Source: Hydrolagus colliei | Taxonomy: Eukaryota | Assembly (NCBI GenBank): GCA_035084275.1 | Contig: CM068749.1 | Coordinates: 18,724,001-18,788,000, forward strand | Length of the DNA: 64,000 nucleotides | Reading direction: 5' to 3' | In this document: positions 13,040 through 27,100 of the stretch, one piece after another | Position numbering within the stretch: position 1 is the first letter of the stretch | Layout of the letters: each line of letters starts with the position of its first letter | Made by a program: the position numbers and the translations under genes | The notes under the pieces: generated by a model | The model's database searches: none | Seen by the model: the letters and a program-made list of their open reading frames with translations, nothing else | What the model was told of the DNA's origin: nothing

Positions 13040-14450
13040 TTTAGGTCTTAAATTTAAGTAAAGCCAACTTTGCAAGTATGAGAGAAGATTTGGCTAAAAT
13101 AGACTGGGATATTAGATTAAAAGACATGACAGTAGACCAGCAATGGCAAACGTTTAAGGATATAATATGTAATTTCCAGCGATCACATATTCCCTTGAGG
13201 AATTAAAACACCACGGGAAAAGTGGGTCAACCATGGCTAACTAGGGAAGTTAGGAAAAGTATAAAATCTAAAGAAGAGCGCTGTAATCCTGCCAAAAAGA
13301 GCTGTAAACCGGAGGATTGGTATGGATCCATAAAGGAAAACCCCAAAACTGATTAAGAAGGAGAAAATGGAATATGAGGGTAAACTAGCTAGGAACATAC
13401 ACACAGATTGTAAGAGTTTCTACAAATACATAAAGAGGAAGAGACTATCTAAAGTGAATGTAGGTCCATTGCAGACAGAGTCAGGAGAAATTATAATGGG
13501 GAATAAACAAATGACAGAATCATTAAATACATATTTTGCTTCTGTCTTCATGTTAGAAGACACTGATAACTTACCGAAAATAGAAGGGAACCAAGAGGCT
13601 AATGATAGTGAGGAACTTAAAGAAATCAGCATCAGTAAAGAAATAGATCTTGGGAACTTGCTGGGTTTAAAAGCTTATAAATCCCCTGGACCTGATGGCC
13701 TGCCTCCTGGGGTTTTAAAAGAGGTGTCTGCAGAGATAGTGGATGCTTTGTTTTTGATCTTCCAAAATTTCTTGGATTCTGAAATGGTTCCCATTGATTG
13801 GAAGGTCGCAAATGTAACATCACCATTTAAGAAAGGTGTGAGAGAACAAAATGGGGAAATATAAACCAGTTAGTCTGACATCGATGGTAAGGAAAATTCT
13901 AGAACCTATAATCAGGGACATCCTCCTGGGGTACTTAGAAAATCATAACATGATTGGACAGAGACAACATGGCTTCACAAAAAGGAAATTACAGTATGTT
14001 TAATAAATGTATTTAGAGTTTTTTGAGGATGTAACTAGCAGGATGCAACTAATATAGAAGAATCAAGAGGTGATCTTATAGAAACCTATAAGATTCTTAA
14101 GGAGATTGACAAAGCAGACGGTGTGAGACTGCTTTCCCTGGTTGGAGTATCCAAAACTAGGGATCAAAGCCTCAAGATTAAGAGTCAGCTTTTTCTTACA
14201 GAGTTGAGGAATCACTCAGAGGGTAGTGAATTTACGGAATTCTCTACCGCAGAAGGCTGTGGATGCTCAGTCCTTGAACATATTCAAGACTGAGATTGAT
14301 AGATTTCTAATGAATAGAAGGATTAAAGGATATGGAGATAGGGTGGGTAAATGGAATTAGGTTAGAAGATCAGCCATGATCCTATTAAATGGTGGAGCAG
14401 GCTCGAGTGGCTGAATGGCCTACTCCTGCTCCTATTTCTTATGTTCTCAT
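13040..14450 (+). mobile_element. CR1-clade LINE, 5'-truncated and internally deleted ORF2 remnant
   Basis: Disrupted ORF2 peptides (LNLSKANFASMREDLAKIDW; KSFYKYIKRKR; KSPGPDG; DWKVANVT), stops and frameshifts, CR1 3' UTR (gatcagccatgatc...aatggcctactcctgctcc) and atgttct tail. Confidence 0.9.
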
Positions 14451-15280
14451 GCATATATGCCAACATTTGAGATATTCTTAATTAGCAGGTGATCTATTAC
14501 AATGTGTTACTCCCAGGTTCTCTGATGGCTGTGGGTAAATGTAATTTAACGCAATGTATGTTTCGGGGGTGCTACAATTGATGCATAGTATATAATAATA
14601 ATCATCCTTGGATATGAATTTCATTTAGGGAGGATATCCTGGAAGTTCTAAATTGCAATTATTGTAAAGTGTGGAGTGTATATTTTTGTAGGTGAACACG
14701 TTTTGTGGTATTCCCAGGAAGAGGAACTAGATTTGTCAATATTTGTGACCCCAATCACTATCCATTGATCCCTGCTGGTGAGTGCATAACATTTAGATGT
14801 TCAGAGAGAGAGAGAGGGATTGAGCTTGGCTGAGGATCCCACACAGCTGTTGTGAGATATACTGTCAAAACTCATACTTGAAGATTAACACTGGAGGGGC
14901 ATAGACACTGAACTAAATCAGTATCAGCTTTGACCTTCATGGGAGGGGAGCACAAATGAAAAATTGAAGAAAAATATTAAATTCTCCAAATTTATTTTAA
15001 TATAAGTTGAAGGTAAGTCAATTATATCATTGGAAAGCAGGTCTGAGAACTATATGCTAAAATAGTGAATGCTTCTACATGAAATATACTTGAATGGAAG
15101 ACATTACAATGTAAATAATGAATAATGTGGCTAATAAGTCACCCTTGTTTTCTCAAGGTGCTGGGGAAGTTTTGCAATAAGAAAGTTTTGCATTACGTTG
15201 GAAGGTTCACTTTGTTTTTGTGCATTTGATTCCACAAACATTAGTAATTCTGAAAATGTTCTCTTGTTACTCATATCTGT

Positions 15281-15655
15281 GGAGTTTTGTAGCTCAGTAG
15301 TTAGAGAACTTGCCCTGCAATCGAGCGACCTGGGTTCTATTCCCAGCAGAGTCAAATATTTGGCACGTTTCTTTATTCCACATGCCTCTGTTTACCTAGC
15401 AGAAAGTAGGAACGTAGTTGTTAGTCGATTGACGGATTGCTTTTCCGGGGATAACAATCCTTTTTTTAAAAAAAAAAAAAATTTGGTCACTCATTCCACA
15501 ACTGTTTGTGGGACATTACTGTGCATAATTGGACAACAAAACTACTTTTCGCTCACAAATAGAGTCACTTCACTTTACAGTATATTCTGCGAAGCCCTTT
15601 GAGACGTCTAGAAGATGTAAAAAGCGCTATATCGAATGCAATAAGTTATTATTAT
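15281..15655 (+). mobile_element. tRNA-derived SINE, full length
   Basis: A box (tagctcagtagttagag), B box-like (ggttctattccc), shared body and (TTA)n tail. Confidence 0.9.
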
Positions 15656-16129
15656 ATCTTTCATAGTTAGGGAACACCAAAGTAGTGTTTCTGATCATAA
15701 AATTACATAAACTGTCCCACACTGAATCAGGTCATTTGATCCAGCTAGTTAATGCTGATGCTTGGATTCCACATGAGCCTCCGCCCATCTTAATCCCTAC
15801 GCCAGTGTTAATGTGGATAGTGTTAATTTAACCCCAACCTCTCACACTGCTCTGTCCCCTTTTTCCCTTATGCGTGCAAAACAAGGTACTCATTGACCAG
15901 TGTCTCAGGCACACGCTCATTCTATTAGTAAATGGGCAAATGTGGATCACTTTATTTGACAAGCATTGAATTATAGCGGAGAAGGAATCAGAGCCTTAAA
16001 GTACCATTAAAAAAAAGTTAAAAGTTTGCAGGTGGCAATATTTTTGCTGTGAAGGGTCCTGTGTTACTGTAACGTAAAGAAAATTATTTTGGGTAAGTTG
16101 TTAGTAAAATTAGTAACTGAAATTGTATT

Positions 16130-16245
16130 AGAAACAGGAGTAAGCAATTCAGCCCCATGAGCCTGTTCTTCCATTCTATAAGATCATGGCTTATATATTT
16201 CGATACTCTGACCTAACAAATATCTATCTACCTCGGTCTTGAATT
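16130..16245 (-). mobile_element. CR1 3' UTR fragment
   Basis: aacaggagtaagcaattcagcccc...agatcatggct is the reverse complement of the tail at 14370-14430. Confidence 0.7.
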
Positions 16246-18436
16246 ACGACATACTGTATTACAACATAGCTTTACAAAACATAACCCAATTCTGTCTTTC
16301 TGTGGATTCCGTTTTTGTTATTTTCTTCTTTTGAATACCTCCACCACTTACTTCTCCACCATTGTCACTGATTGGGTTGGAAACATACATTGCTCAACTG
16401 ATGCATTGATGTGTGTGAAGCTGGGTGCTGAGTGTTGGCAGGTTATTGCGATCATGGCCGAGTTCAATTTTGTCCTGACCTGGTGTCGTACACACATTTT
16501 CCAGTAGGGATCAGATATGAAAACAGTTTGAATTCCCCTCCCCCCCGGCTACCCATCAAAGGTAGTGAGGGCAATTCAGCAAGGACCAGGAGTCGAACCT
16601 GGGACTATGGTACATTTTATGAATATCGTTTAAATTGAGCCCTGTTGAGATTCTGTGTGCTGGCTTGTAAAGTTACTGATTACGGCAGTATAAAGAAGCT
16701 GAATTAACCTTGAGGGATAAATTATTAACTCAGAGTGATTTGGTTTAGGCTCTGTGTGTTGTCTTAGTTTCTCTATTATGGCCACAACTATGTGAGCAGT
16801 AATCATTTATAGGCAAAATATTTACAAATAATCAACAAAAATTATGAGGGAGAAATCAATGTAATGATTGATATCAATTGTTTTTGGTTGGTTGATTTTT
16901 TAAAAATCCTATTGCAGGCACTGCCTTAATGCTAGTGAGAAGGGTATGGTTATTTTTGAGCTTCAAGCTCTTCAGATCCTGTCTGACTACATATCTGTCT
17001 GCCAGTGGGCTGTGGTTAGTGTTAACATATTTTGTTTTAGTTATTGTCACATTTTTTTCAAAATGTGAAAAATGAACATATGCACTATATGAAACACAAA
17101 GTTAGGGTACTGTATCTGTACATTCAATACTTATTTCATGAGGGCAAGGCCTGCAATTAAGAGAATGCCACGTGTCCAAGAGAATTATAAGGTTCCTCAT
17201 AACTGAAATTAAGCCAGGAATGAAATGTTACTGCAATAGTCTGTGTAAGATCTATAACCCTGGGCCAACAGTAATTCTGGAATAATTGTACATGAGAATT
17301 TTGCAATTGCAGAAACCTTTTAACTGCTCCGATCACTCTTTGAGTCCAATATCAATAATATTTTCATATGTGTTTCTTCTGTCACATGGTGAACGCAAAT
17401 GTTACTTGTTTGCCCTGGGGGAGAAAAAAATGGTATGTAGCAGTTTCATGGAATTCAATTGTAGCATGTTTCTACTCCCCTCAAGTTGTGCAAGTGGATG
17501 CTAAATGAGTTATTTTGTGGTTTCTGAGCATCAGCTTGTCAATATTGTTAGTGTCAAAATTGTTAGAGAATTTAAGCTGTACAGCAGAAAACTACCTGCA
17601 GTATTGCTTATACAATAAATAAGTTCAATGATTTTATAATAAGTGCAAGTGTCTGTACAGTTTGAGGGCTTGCCCATCAAACCGAAGAGTTTACAAAACT
17701 CTTAAATTTTTCATATTTTGCTGTGCAACAATATCCGTTTTAACAGCGGCAAATGCCTGATGTAGTCACAGTTTATTTTTTCCACGTTCTGAAGTTTTTC
17801 AATTGTTTAGAAAAGGAAAGAAGGGGAAGTGATTTGGCCGGACATTATAGGGAAAGTGCTTAAAACAAAAACAACTTAACTTGCAGAACTGCATTGAGGA
17901 ACAGAAATATATTCCCAAATCAGCCACATTGGCTCCACAAACCTCTTTCTGTTACTGTGACCATGAGACTACAAAGCCAAGCATGTTATTAGCATTTACT
18001 GCTTTACCAGTGGCAGCGTTTCCATGTCTTAAATTGCCCATCATGACCTCCGTGAACGTTCTGCATTAGAGAGTGACTGTGCTATGAATATGTCCACTGG
18101 GAGTTGGATTGAGACGGCCCTAGTCCACATATCACAGGAGAGACGTTTATCATCCCATCTGTCTGGGATGGATTGCAGATCCAAGCTGTCAGTGTTGAAA
18201 GTATGAGCTCCAAGCTACTACACCACCTGCTCTTTTGCTTTTTGCAAAATAATTATTGCAGTATAGCTAGATAACCCACCTCATTCTTGGGTGCTGGAGA
18301 TCAAATGGTATAGTAATTTTTTGTTTCACCATTTATTTCTTCCCCCCCCCCCCCCCCCCCCCATTAATTTTGGGATGGTTGGTACTGAAGTAGAAACGTG
18401 AGAGGTGCAAGTTCATAATTGGTAAATGGTTGTGTG

Positions 18437-18482
18437 TTACGGTTTGTTACAAGATTGTGTTTTACGGTTTGTTACAAGATTG
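18437..18482. repeat. Short tandem duplication, period 25
   Basis: ttacggtttgttacaagattg at 18437-18457 and 18462-18482. Confidence 0.9.
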
Positions 18483-20389
18483 CTTAATTGATCAGTGTTC
18501 CAGCCTGACAGAAGCACCTCACCCGTTTGTAAAATTAATGCGTCATTGATGGTTGTTGTTAGGAGTCTGAGGTCCAGATAGTTGTACACTAACCGATTGG
18601 TGGGGAGAAAGTGACTTAAGCAAACTCAGCATAAACCAGCGAAACTTTGCTCTGTGTTAATAAATTTGTTGGTACTGTTATTTGTCTTTCATTGTAGCAG
18701 CTAAGCTACAGATAGGTGCTTTTCATTTGTCACAGGAAGAATTGAGCAGACTGCTTTAGTAGCTTTATGTGCTGGTTTTTATGTGGCTAAATACGTAGCT
18801 GTGAACTCCGTCAATTTATGGCAGTGACAAGAAAGGCAGTTTCAAACTTGCTAGTTAAGACTTGTTCCTCATTAGTAATAATGTACAAAACAGATTGTAC
18901 TGTCCTATGCAACATGTCATTATCATACTATCTCGAGGAGTTTACATCTGACATATAAAAGTTATGTGATGTGCCTTTTTTAAAATATATAACCAATACA
19001 TCAATTCACACTGGATTTCTCACGGTATATCAGTGTATTGTTAGTGTTTTGTCAGTAACCCAGTCACAATGCAGGTCTTGTTGATTATTTTTAAAAGAAG
19101 TCATGACCACAGTTTTGCATAAAAAGATAGATACCTATGGTTATACAGTATTACTAAGTAATTAGTGCAATAAAGACCATGCATTGCAGAACGTGGGCGG
19201 TTTGTGTACATCATCTGAATCTCTATGTTTAAGGAAGAAATTTAGACATTGTACAGTTGGTGACCAATAGATCATATAAATATACAGGTATACATCTAAT
19301 CAACGGTAATCCTTAGGGCATTTAGGAGTAAATAAGGAAGACATTGAGAAATTCTGAAGATATAAACTGTGAACAAGTTTCTATGTGAATCCTGACATGT
19401 ACAGTTTTGGTTTGTAATAACTTATTTGAGTTGAGTAAAAGCAATGAACCATCTTGTATAATGTAGGATTACTGTAAAGCACCAATTTTTCAAAAATGTT
19501 TAATGCTACTTTTACATCTGGACAAGATCTTCTAACCACTCTCTTCCGAGTCGATCTAAAGGCTGGTTATCTGATAAGTCATCTATATTTCTTGCAATCT
19601 TTCCTATTTTGGTTGTATTGATGCTACTATACTATTGATGACTCATTTCTCTGGCATTTTCCATCTTGATTCTGTAGTGCATGATATTCATCGGCAGTTT
19701 GCCTAGATACCCAATTTTTAAGAAATCAGGAGTATTCAAAATCTGATTTCCGAGGGGGCAGGTAATATTTTCATAGCGAGGAAGGTGAAAAACTGCCCAA
19801 GGGGCTCCTTGGTGTGGTCACTGTCCAGTGCTGAAAGTGTTTGTAAATTAATGCTAAATGAGGACTAGTTTGAGCCCAGCTGTGATATTCTCCAGAACTT
19901 AATACACGCAGTGAGTGTACCCTGCTGGCACTCACTTTATCGGAGAGTTACTAGTGATGATCAAAGTGCTCCACCATGAGTCATTTCCTTCATGAAAAGG
20001 AGTATGGGGGAAGCTGCTTCTAATTAATTTTCAGTAATTTAATGTAGAGCTTTTAACTGAGGTTTTGATTTACTTGATAGGCAATTTGTAAATTTAGAGT
20101 AGCATCTACATTAGTGAACAACCAAGATATTTTTCCGCCCATACTGCACTCCTGATATCAATGTTGCGTGATTAAATTGAATGACATTTACATTGTGATA
20201 TATAATGTGTTTTTCTGTTTATTTCCCCGATAAGAACAGGTATACATTAAATGGTTAAATTATTAAGAATAGAAGAGCAAAGGGACTTGGAATTAATGCA
20301 TGTATATCCTTAAAAGTCACATTTTAGCTTCTGGGTGGAGACTGGTGGAGATGTTTTTTGTTGGAATAAAGATGCTTCAGGTGTGACCT

Positions 20390-20880
20390 GCTAGAAATCT
20401 TTAAAATTGTGAGGGCTTCTGATAGTTAATAGTGAGAAATTATTCCCAATGGTTGACGAGTCAGTAACTAGATATTTGTTAGGTAGGGATGTCAGGGAAT
20501 ATGGGGCAAGGGCGTGGGAGTTGAGATACAGATCAGCCATGATCTTATAGAATGGCAGAACAGGCTTGAGGGACTGAATGCCCTACTCCTGTTCATATAT
20601 TCTGAGAGGGCATCAATTTAAGATAATTAGTAAATAAGCAAATGGGAAAGTTAGGAAACATTTTATCATTCACATACTTAAGATATGGAATGCCTTGCCT
20701 GGAGCAGTATTTAGATCAAAATCCATATTGGCCTTCAAGAGGGCAATACAGGGATTAACTCGAAAAGAATCAGCTACAAGGATGAGGTGAAAGGCCAGGG
20801 AGGTGGGATTGAAAGGATTGTTCTTGAGGGAACTAGTATACACACGATGGGCCGAACGGCCTTCTTCTGCATTTGTAAAT
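20390..20880 (+). mobile_element. CR1 3' region with a second CR1-type 3' tail nested inside (about 20471-20605)
   Basis: gagtcagtaactag resumes as agaggggcatcaatttaagat after a block containing gatcagccatgatc...ctactcctgttc. Confidence 0.65.
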
Positions 20881-22193
20881 TTCAATGGTCCAAAAAGCAA
20901 ATTGGAAAACAATATAAACCAAGAGGGCTCTTCAAATTTACCTAGGTTTAAATTGAGAAAAAGTTCAAACGACTGAAAGTCTTATTTTCAGCATGATGAG
21001 AAGGTTGCAGTGATGGGCTGGCTGCCAGATGTGTCTCATGTTTGATGGATGATTCATCAAATCAGCTAACTGTGTCCTACTCACGTGATTAAAATAAATA
21101 TGGTTCTTTTCTGCAGTCCATCAGAAGGATGTTGTCTAAATGCTTTTTTTGGAGGTTCCAAAACATAAGTTGATAACTTTAGCAAAGCTGATTCGAGTGA
21201 TTGTATGAGCTCTGTTGTCTTCCCCCGTTTTAATCTTTGCCCAGTGATTCTGAAGTAAGACTGTTGGTTTTAATTCTGTACATCTGCCATAGTATTTGAC
21301 TAAATGTATGCAAAATCATGATACAAAGGAGCTCTTTGTGTGGGCTTACAAAGACATTTTCTGTTTACCATACATAGATCTTGAATGGTTATCTTCAGCT
21401 TTTCCTCTTACTTGCTTCCATGTGTGCTGGCCACCTTTTATTCAGTTAAGTGGCATTTGCAAAAGCTCATAATTTTTCCATATTTTCTCCCATTTTCCAT
21501 GCCTTTAAGCAATATCAGTTCTCTTAAAGTTGTTTGCAGGAGGACTGACCTGCCTGCTACGATTTAAAAACCTATGCTATAATGTTGGTGATGTACAATA
21601 TTGCCTCCTGACATTGATCTTAATCTAAAATTGTTCAATTTTACATATCTTAATTTACACTTAAGAGTTGCAATTGTATGGAAGTGTTTGTCCATTCCAC
21701 ATATTAGCAGATTATTTTACAGAAATCTGCAAGTATTCTTTACAGGTTCCTGAAAAATAACTAGAAAAAAATTTCCCTTCAGTTTAATTAGCACCCACAT
21801 AGTCTATTCTAGTTTTTTTTTCTGATAAATATTAGGCAATTTATCATTTCTACAGTCATTTCACTGAGAGATGGTGTACAGGCATTTATATTTAATTACT
21901 TTATTCAGAGTGCTGCATTAGAACACAACCCACTGAAGTGGTGGAGACAGATAGGCAGATTGTGTCATGAAATTTAAAAGTAGATGAGCTATTAATTGAA
22001 GAAATCGATTAGAAAAGTATGAAATATAATATATATTAGGATTATTTTAATGAATGAGACATGGAGAAGTGTAGAGTTTTTAATGCCCTTGATGTAGTGG
22101 GTGGGCTGTAATGATCCTTTTGATCTTGTACATATCCATACAAATACCAAAAGAATTATGATAACCATGTATTAAAAAAATTCATATAAAAAA

Positions 22194-22255
22194 GAAATAT
22201 GAAATTACATTTATATAGTGCATATGAAATATGAAATTACATTTATATAGTGCAT
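22194..22255. repeat. Short tandem duplication, period 32
   Basis: gaaatatgaaattacatttatatagtgcat occurs twice back to back. Confidence 0.9.
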
Positions 22256-25045
22256 TTCTGTGAAATTGTGAATTCCAGTTTACTGAACTCTTTATTCCTT
22301 TTAGTTCTGCTTTATTACCCAGGCTAGGTACTTACTATAGTATTTGACTTATTTCAGATATTACAGACTGGCTGCTAGGAAGTTTTTTATTCCAGCCTTT
22401 AGTGAGGAGATAGATCGGCAAGGTTTATGGATCAATAGTAGGAATAAAACTCCAGCTATAGAATTAGGTCATTGCTCCTACGCTTTCCTGAAAGCTTGAA
22501 AAATACAGTTTTATTTGAAAAGTACGCAGTGGGAATTGGCTGCATGTTATGGAAGGGTGACAAAGTATATTACTGTTGCCAATTGCTTTGTGTTTTTTGT
22601 GTGAATAACAAAGATCCTGTATGGTCTTTACTGCTGTAAAAGATTAACCCTTGTTTGAATAAGAACATGTTGCTTCATTTTGCATTGAATTGATTTTTTT
22701 TCAACCTTGGCAGAAATCATGGTGAATATATACGATAGACACCGCATAAAATGATGAGCATGTTCAGTTTATTTGTTCCATTTTATTGACTATAGAAACT
22801 ATTAGATTGTGTGTATAGAAACCAGAAAATATTTTTTAAATGCTTCAAAACACAATACTAATGCACATCCAATAGTATCTATGTTTCATTTTATTAAGTG
22901 GTTTGATTTGGTAGACAAACCTCTTCCTCTGCATCTCTATCCTACTGTACTGTTTTGTCCAGATGACCTCAAAAGCACTATCAAGTGCAAGGATTATTCC
23001 AGCGCCTTGAAATGCCCTCGCAACATGAAAGGCACCACACAAATATAAATTTTGTTTTCTGTTATTATTATTTGTTAGCAGTCGTCTTTTAAGTCAGAAG
23101 TTTGCAAGTTTATTTGGGGACTTGGAACTCATTTAGTCAACGGTGACTGTCATGTTGTCTTACTTTGGGTGTTTTGCCTCTTGACACCTTAAAGTGTAAG
23201 TGTTTTTTAAACTTCTGACAAATTCTGATATTTACTGGGTCCATTATCTAATTGAAGCGAATACCTTTTGAGATGCCTTCTAAAACATGAAATGTGTTCT
23301 CTGCATTCTGACTCTCTCCACTGCCGTTTTCTGTTCTGTTGGTTTGCTGAACACTTAGTTGGTTTTTTTCTCGATGACATTATCTCTGGTAATGGCTTGG
23401 AAAAATGATTGAACCTGACTCTGTGACAGAACTAAATCAACCAACTAAATTGTTTCTGAAGTACTCTTAAGCTAATGACTATCGCTGCAGATGTTCAGTC
23501 ATCTCCCTGACTGGTGAACTCAATAAGTGGGTCACTACCCTGACAATATTCTCAGCAATCACTTTTTTAAACAAAAATATAAATGCATTGAAACAAAGCA
23601 GAAATACTAATAACCAAGAGAAGGAATTCTATATAGGATCTGATAGTGAATCTATTCCTCAAGTGTTTAAGGTTTTTACTATTGGGATTTATTGCAATTC
23701 TAAAGTTTTGACACAGAGCTTTGTAAATCCATGGAATTTAAAATTTTACCTTGTTGGTCTATACAGGACTTCAGTTTTTATGTGTGCATTAGATGTATAA
23801 TATTCATCAGTTTGGGCATATGTTTACTTCCTTCTGGAAAATGAACTTGGATGAACTTAAATAACACAATGATAGGGAACTGGGCAGTATAATTGTTTGT
23901 CAACCTTTTCTATTATTTCAGATTTCCATCATTCAAAACTTTATTTGGGATCTCTTTTTATTACTCAACGTTGTATTATAAAACAACGTATTGCTGTATT
24001 ACAGATATATATTTAATGCTTGTACTAAATTGCTCAGTCATTTTTTTCAAACAGAGGTCTTAGCAAGTTGATCATTAAATCAATACCAGCCATACCAACT
24101 CTCTCGACATTATTCTATACAGATCTATTACCCTGATATAATATATTTACTCCCAATACTTGACTTGACAAAGTAGCATTTGGTTCAGCAACCTGTCTCC
24201 TAATTTATTCAGATAGTTGTTCCCCCATTATTATACAAACCATGAAACGAACATCCTGAACTCAATGGACCCATTCTCGTCACAACAATCGTGACTTTGC
24301 AACAAGATAGTGCACAAAATGTGATTTTTGATGAAATAGTTTGTTCAGTTCTTGTATATTCACAAACCTTTTGTTGTATGTGATGAATCGTGATGAAGAG
24401 TGAATGAATCTTGTTGAGCAGCTTATGTGTGGCCTTGATGGTTGGTGAACTAGTGTAATTATCTGTGTGTGCCTGTTGTCGCAGTGTTTTATTGTTTTAT
24501 TGATTGCACCATTATGATTTGTGAGCTGCCACTGCATGGATGGTGCATGGCCAGACCAACTAAGTCACAGTCTCTCCCCATCCTGTAAAGAAACCACCAG
24601 ACTATTATCCTAGGGATATTCAATCTTTACATCCTTGAGCTCAAAAGACATAAACACGTTAAAGGAGGTGGGGAGAACTCAAAAGAGCGTTGCAGTAATG
24701 TAGTCCACTGAGCTGGTGTCAAGTGAACCTGTTCAATGCAGAGTGAAGCACAATGGGAAATAAAGTCTTAGAGGATCATGTTTGTTGATGTTGGAGAAAT
24801 ATTTTAATATGTAGTCATTCATTGGCTACTGGATCTGACCTCCTTTCTCCACATGAGGTAATGTATCAGGGGACGGAAAAACACTCCATATTTGAGATTG
24901 TATTTTTGAGATGGTTGCAAGGATGAGCTTACATTTAAAAAATTGTTCATTTCCAAGCAATTGTAGAGTTGTACAAATGGAATGTTAAGTTTATTTCAAG
25001 CCTTGGGTGGACATTTTCAAATTCCTTCTCTGTGTTGTTCTATAT

Positions 25046-25353
25046 GGAGTCCCGTAGCTCAGTGGTTAGAGCACTCACCTCGCAAGCGAGAAACCTGGGT
25101 AATTCCTGGCAGAGCGAAACTGTGGGCAAATTTCCTTACTCCCTACACCTGATAATAGTCCTTCAAGAAAAAGAAATTGGTCACTTCAATCCATAACTGT
25201 TTGTGGAACACTACTGTGTGCAATTGGCTGCTGTGTTTCGCCCATCAATATACAGTCAATTCACTTTGCAGTACTGTAGATTCTGTGAAGTGCTTTGAGA
25301 CATCTAGAAGATGTGAAAAGCGCTATATCAAATGCAAGGATTATTATTATTAT
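25046..25353 (+). mobile_element. tRNA-derived SINE, full length
   Basis: gtagctcagtggttagagc head, shared body, ggattattattat tail. Confidence 0.92.
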
Positions 25354-26689
25354 TTTCCAATAATTTGATGTATTACTGTTCTGTTAATATCTTCTGCCAT
25401 ATTTTGTACTGTCTGAGATGTGGTAAGCCAAGACACAATGCAGGTCCCTGGGGTTCTTCTGGATGAGATCATCTCATGCCTTATTTATGAACAGCTAGAG
25501 AGTGGCTTCAGTATTATACTGCTGTGTAATTTCAATGCACGATACTTCAGTTGCATTTTGCAGTGTTTCTACAAATCATCCATGTAAATAATGTGGTAAG
25601 GTTACTGAAAGGAAGAACCTGCTGTGAATGAAGGTAGTTTGGGAATAAGTCAGTTGGTGTTATTTTTATTTTGAGGCCTGTTGTAATAACTGGAAGGTAC
25701 AATTGTTTAATTGGTCCGATACAGGATGCTGTGTGGCCACCGTTGATCACAAAATGCTTTGCTGGAAATTGTTTATTTTATAATTTATTTTATAAACAAT
25801 TTTATTTTATTTTCAAACAGCATAGATAACTGACTTGCGAACTTGAATTACACTTCAATTTTGTAGTCGTATACAGTCCTTGTGTTTTATAATTTGCAAG
25901 CTCACTATAAATGGTGACTTTTTTGAAGAGGTCACAGATTTTGTGCAATCATGAAGCTCCGAATTTCAAACTGTAGGTGGTTTAAACTAGTGACGCGTGT
26001 TTTTTGAATTGTTTTAACATTAACTTTTTCCCCTTTCCTCCTTTCCCCACCTCCCCGTGCATGGATACTTACTCGCGAAGGCTACTACCCATAAATGTTA
26101 ACGCTGATCGGCATGCCTGTTGAGGGCATTTTATATTAAACCAAAATATAGTTGAAACTAGACCAATTCTCAGAAGTGTTAGTAGGTAACCTTTTGGATC
26201 GGGGGCATTAGATTCAATTATCCAGAAATTGCATTTCCACTGAGATTAGAAAGATGCTGCCAGACACAATAAAAGCATTAGGTCACATCCATTGCTAATT
26301 GAAAGCTTCCATTAGTCGGAAGAAAGAGATACAGCCACGTGATGATTTAAAATCATGTCCATGTTTAATATTTTAATAAAATTAACTTAATCTTTAGCAT
26401 GTCAGATCTGCTAAGTGTAAGTGTGATTTACATTTCTGTAAACAATACAGTGCTTCCTGAAATTTGAGTTTAATCCATTTGCCAAACAAGTTTAATCCTT
26501 TTTGTACAAAATGGTGTGGTTTGTGGAGCACATATGGCTTCTCGTGAGAGAAAGACAGTCCTGGTAAACTCAGTAATATTAACAAATGTGGATCTGAATG
26601 ACAAATCATGTGGCATAATGAGTATTGAATTAATTAGTTTAATTGCCAGTAGTTTTGCATCATTTATGAATGAGCTTTACTTTCTACCC

Positions 26690-27100
26690 CACATCCATTC
26701 TCTGACCAGGATCGCTTTTTACCACCTCCTTCACATTGCCTACCCCATCCATACCTCACAAACAACACAACCGAAACTCTGGGCCACGCCTTTGTCAGTT
26801 CCCAGCTGGACATTTCCAATGCCCTCCTCGCTAGTCTCCCCAGCTCCACTATACTCAAAATTCAATTAACCCAAGACTCCGCCGCCCGGATACTCATCCT
26901 CACAAAACTCCGGACACCCCCCTCCTCCCCATCACACCAGTCCTTGCCAGGCTCCACTGACTTCCATTAGTGAACCGATCGATTGCAAGATTCTCACCTG
27001 TTTTCGAATCAGTTCTTGCCCTTGCACCTCCCTACCTATCTAACCCATCTTCCCACCCACTCCATCACCTGCCGCCTCTGCTTGGCTGGCTCCTGCCTCC
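26690..27100 (+). mobile_element. L2-clade LINE ORF2 C-terminal fragment
   Basis: C-rich block resembling decayed FYHLxxIA...AFVxSxLD..NALLA...QDSAARIL...HITPVLARLHxLP motifs. Confidence 0.7.

Noticed and set aside
13367-13864. 165-aa ORF as a host gene or active reverse transcriptase
   Set aside because: Fragment of a decayed CR1 ORF2 with flanking stops, frameshifts and no RT catalytic core.
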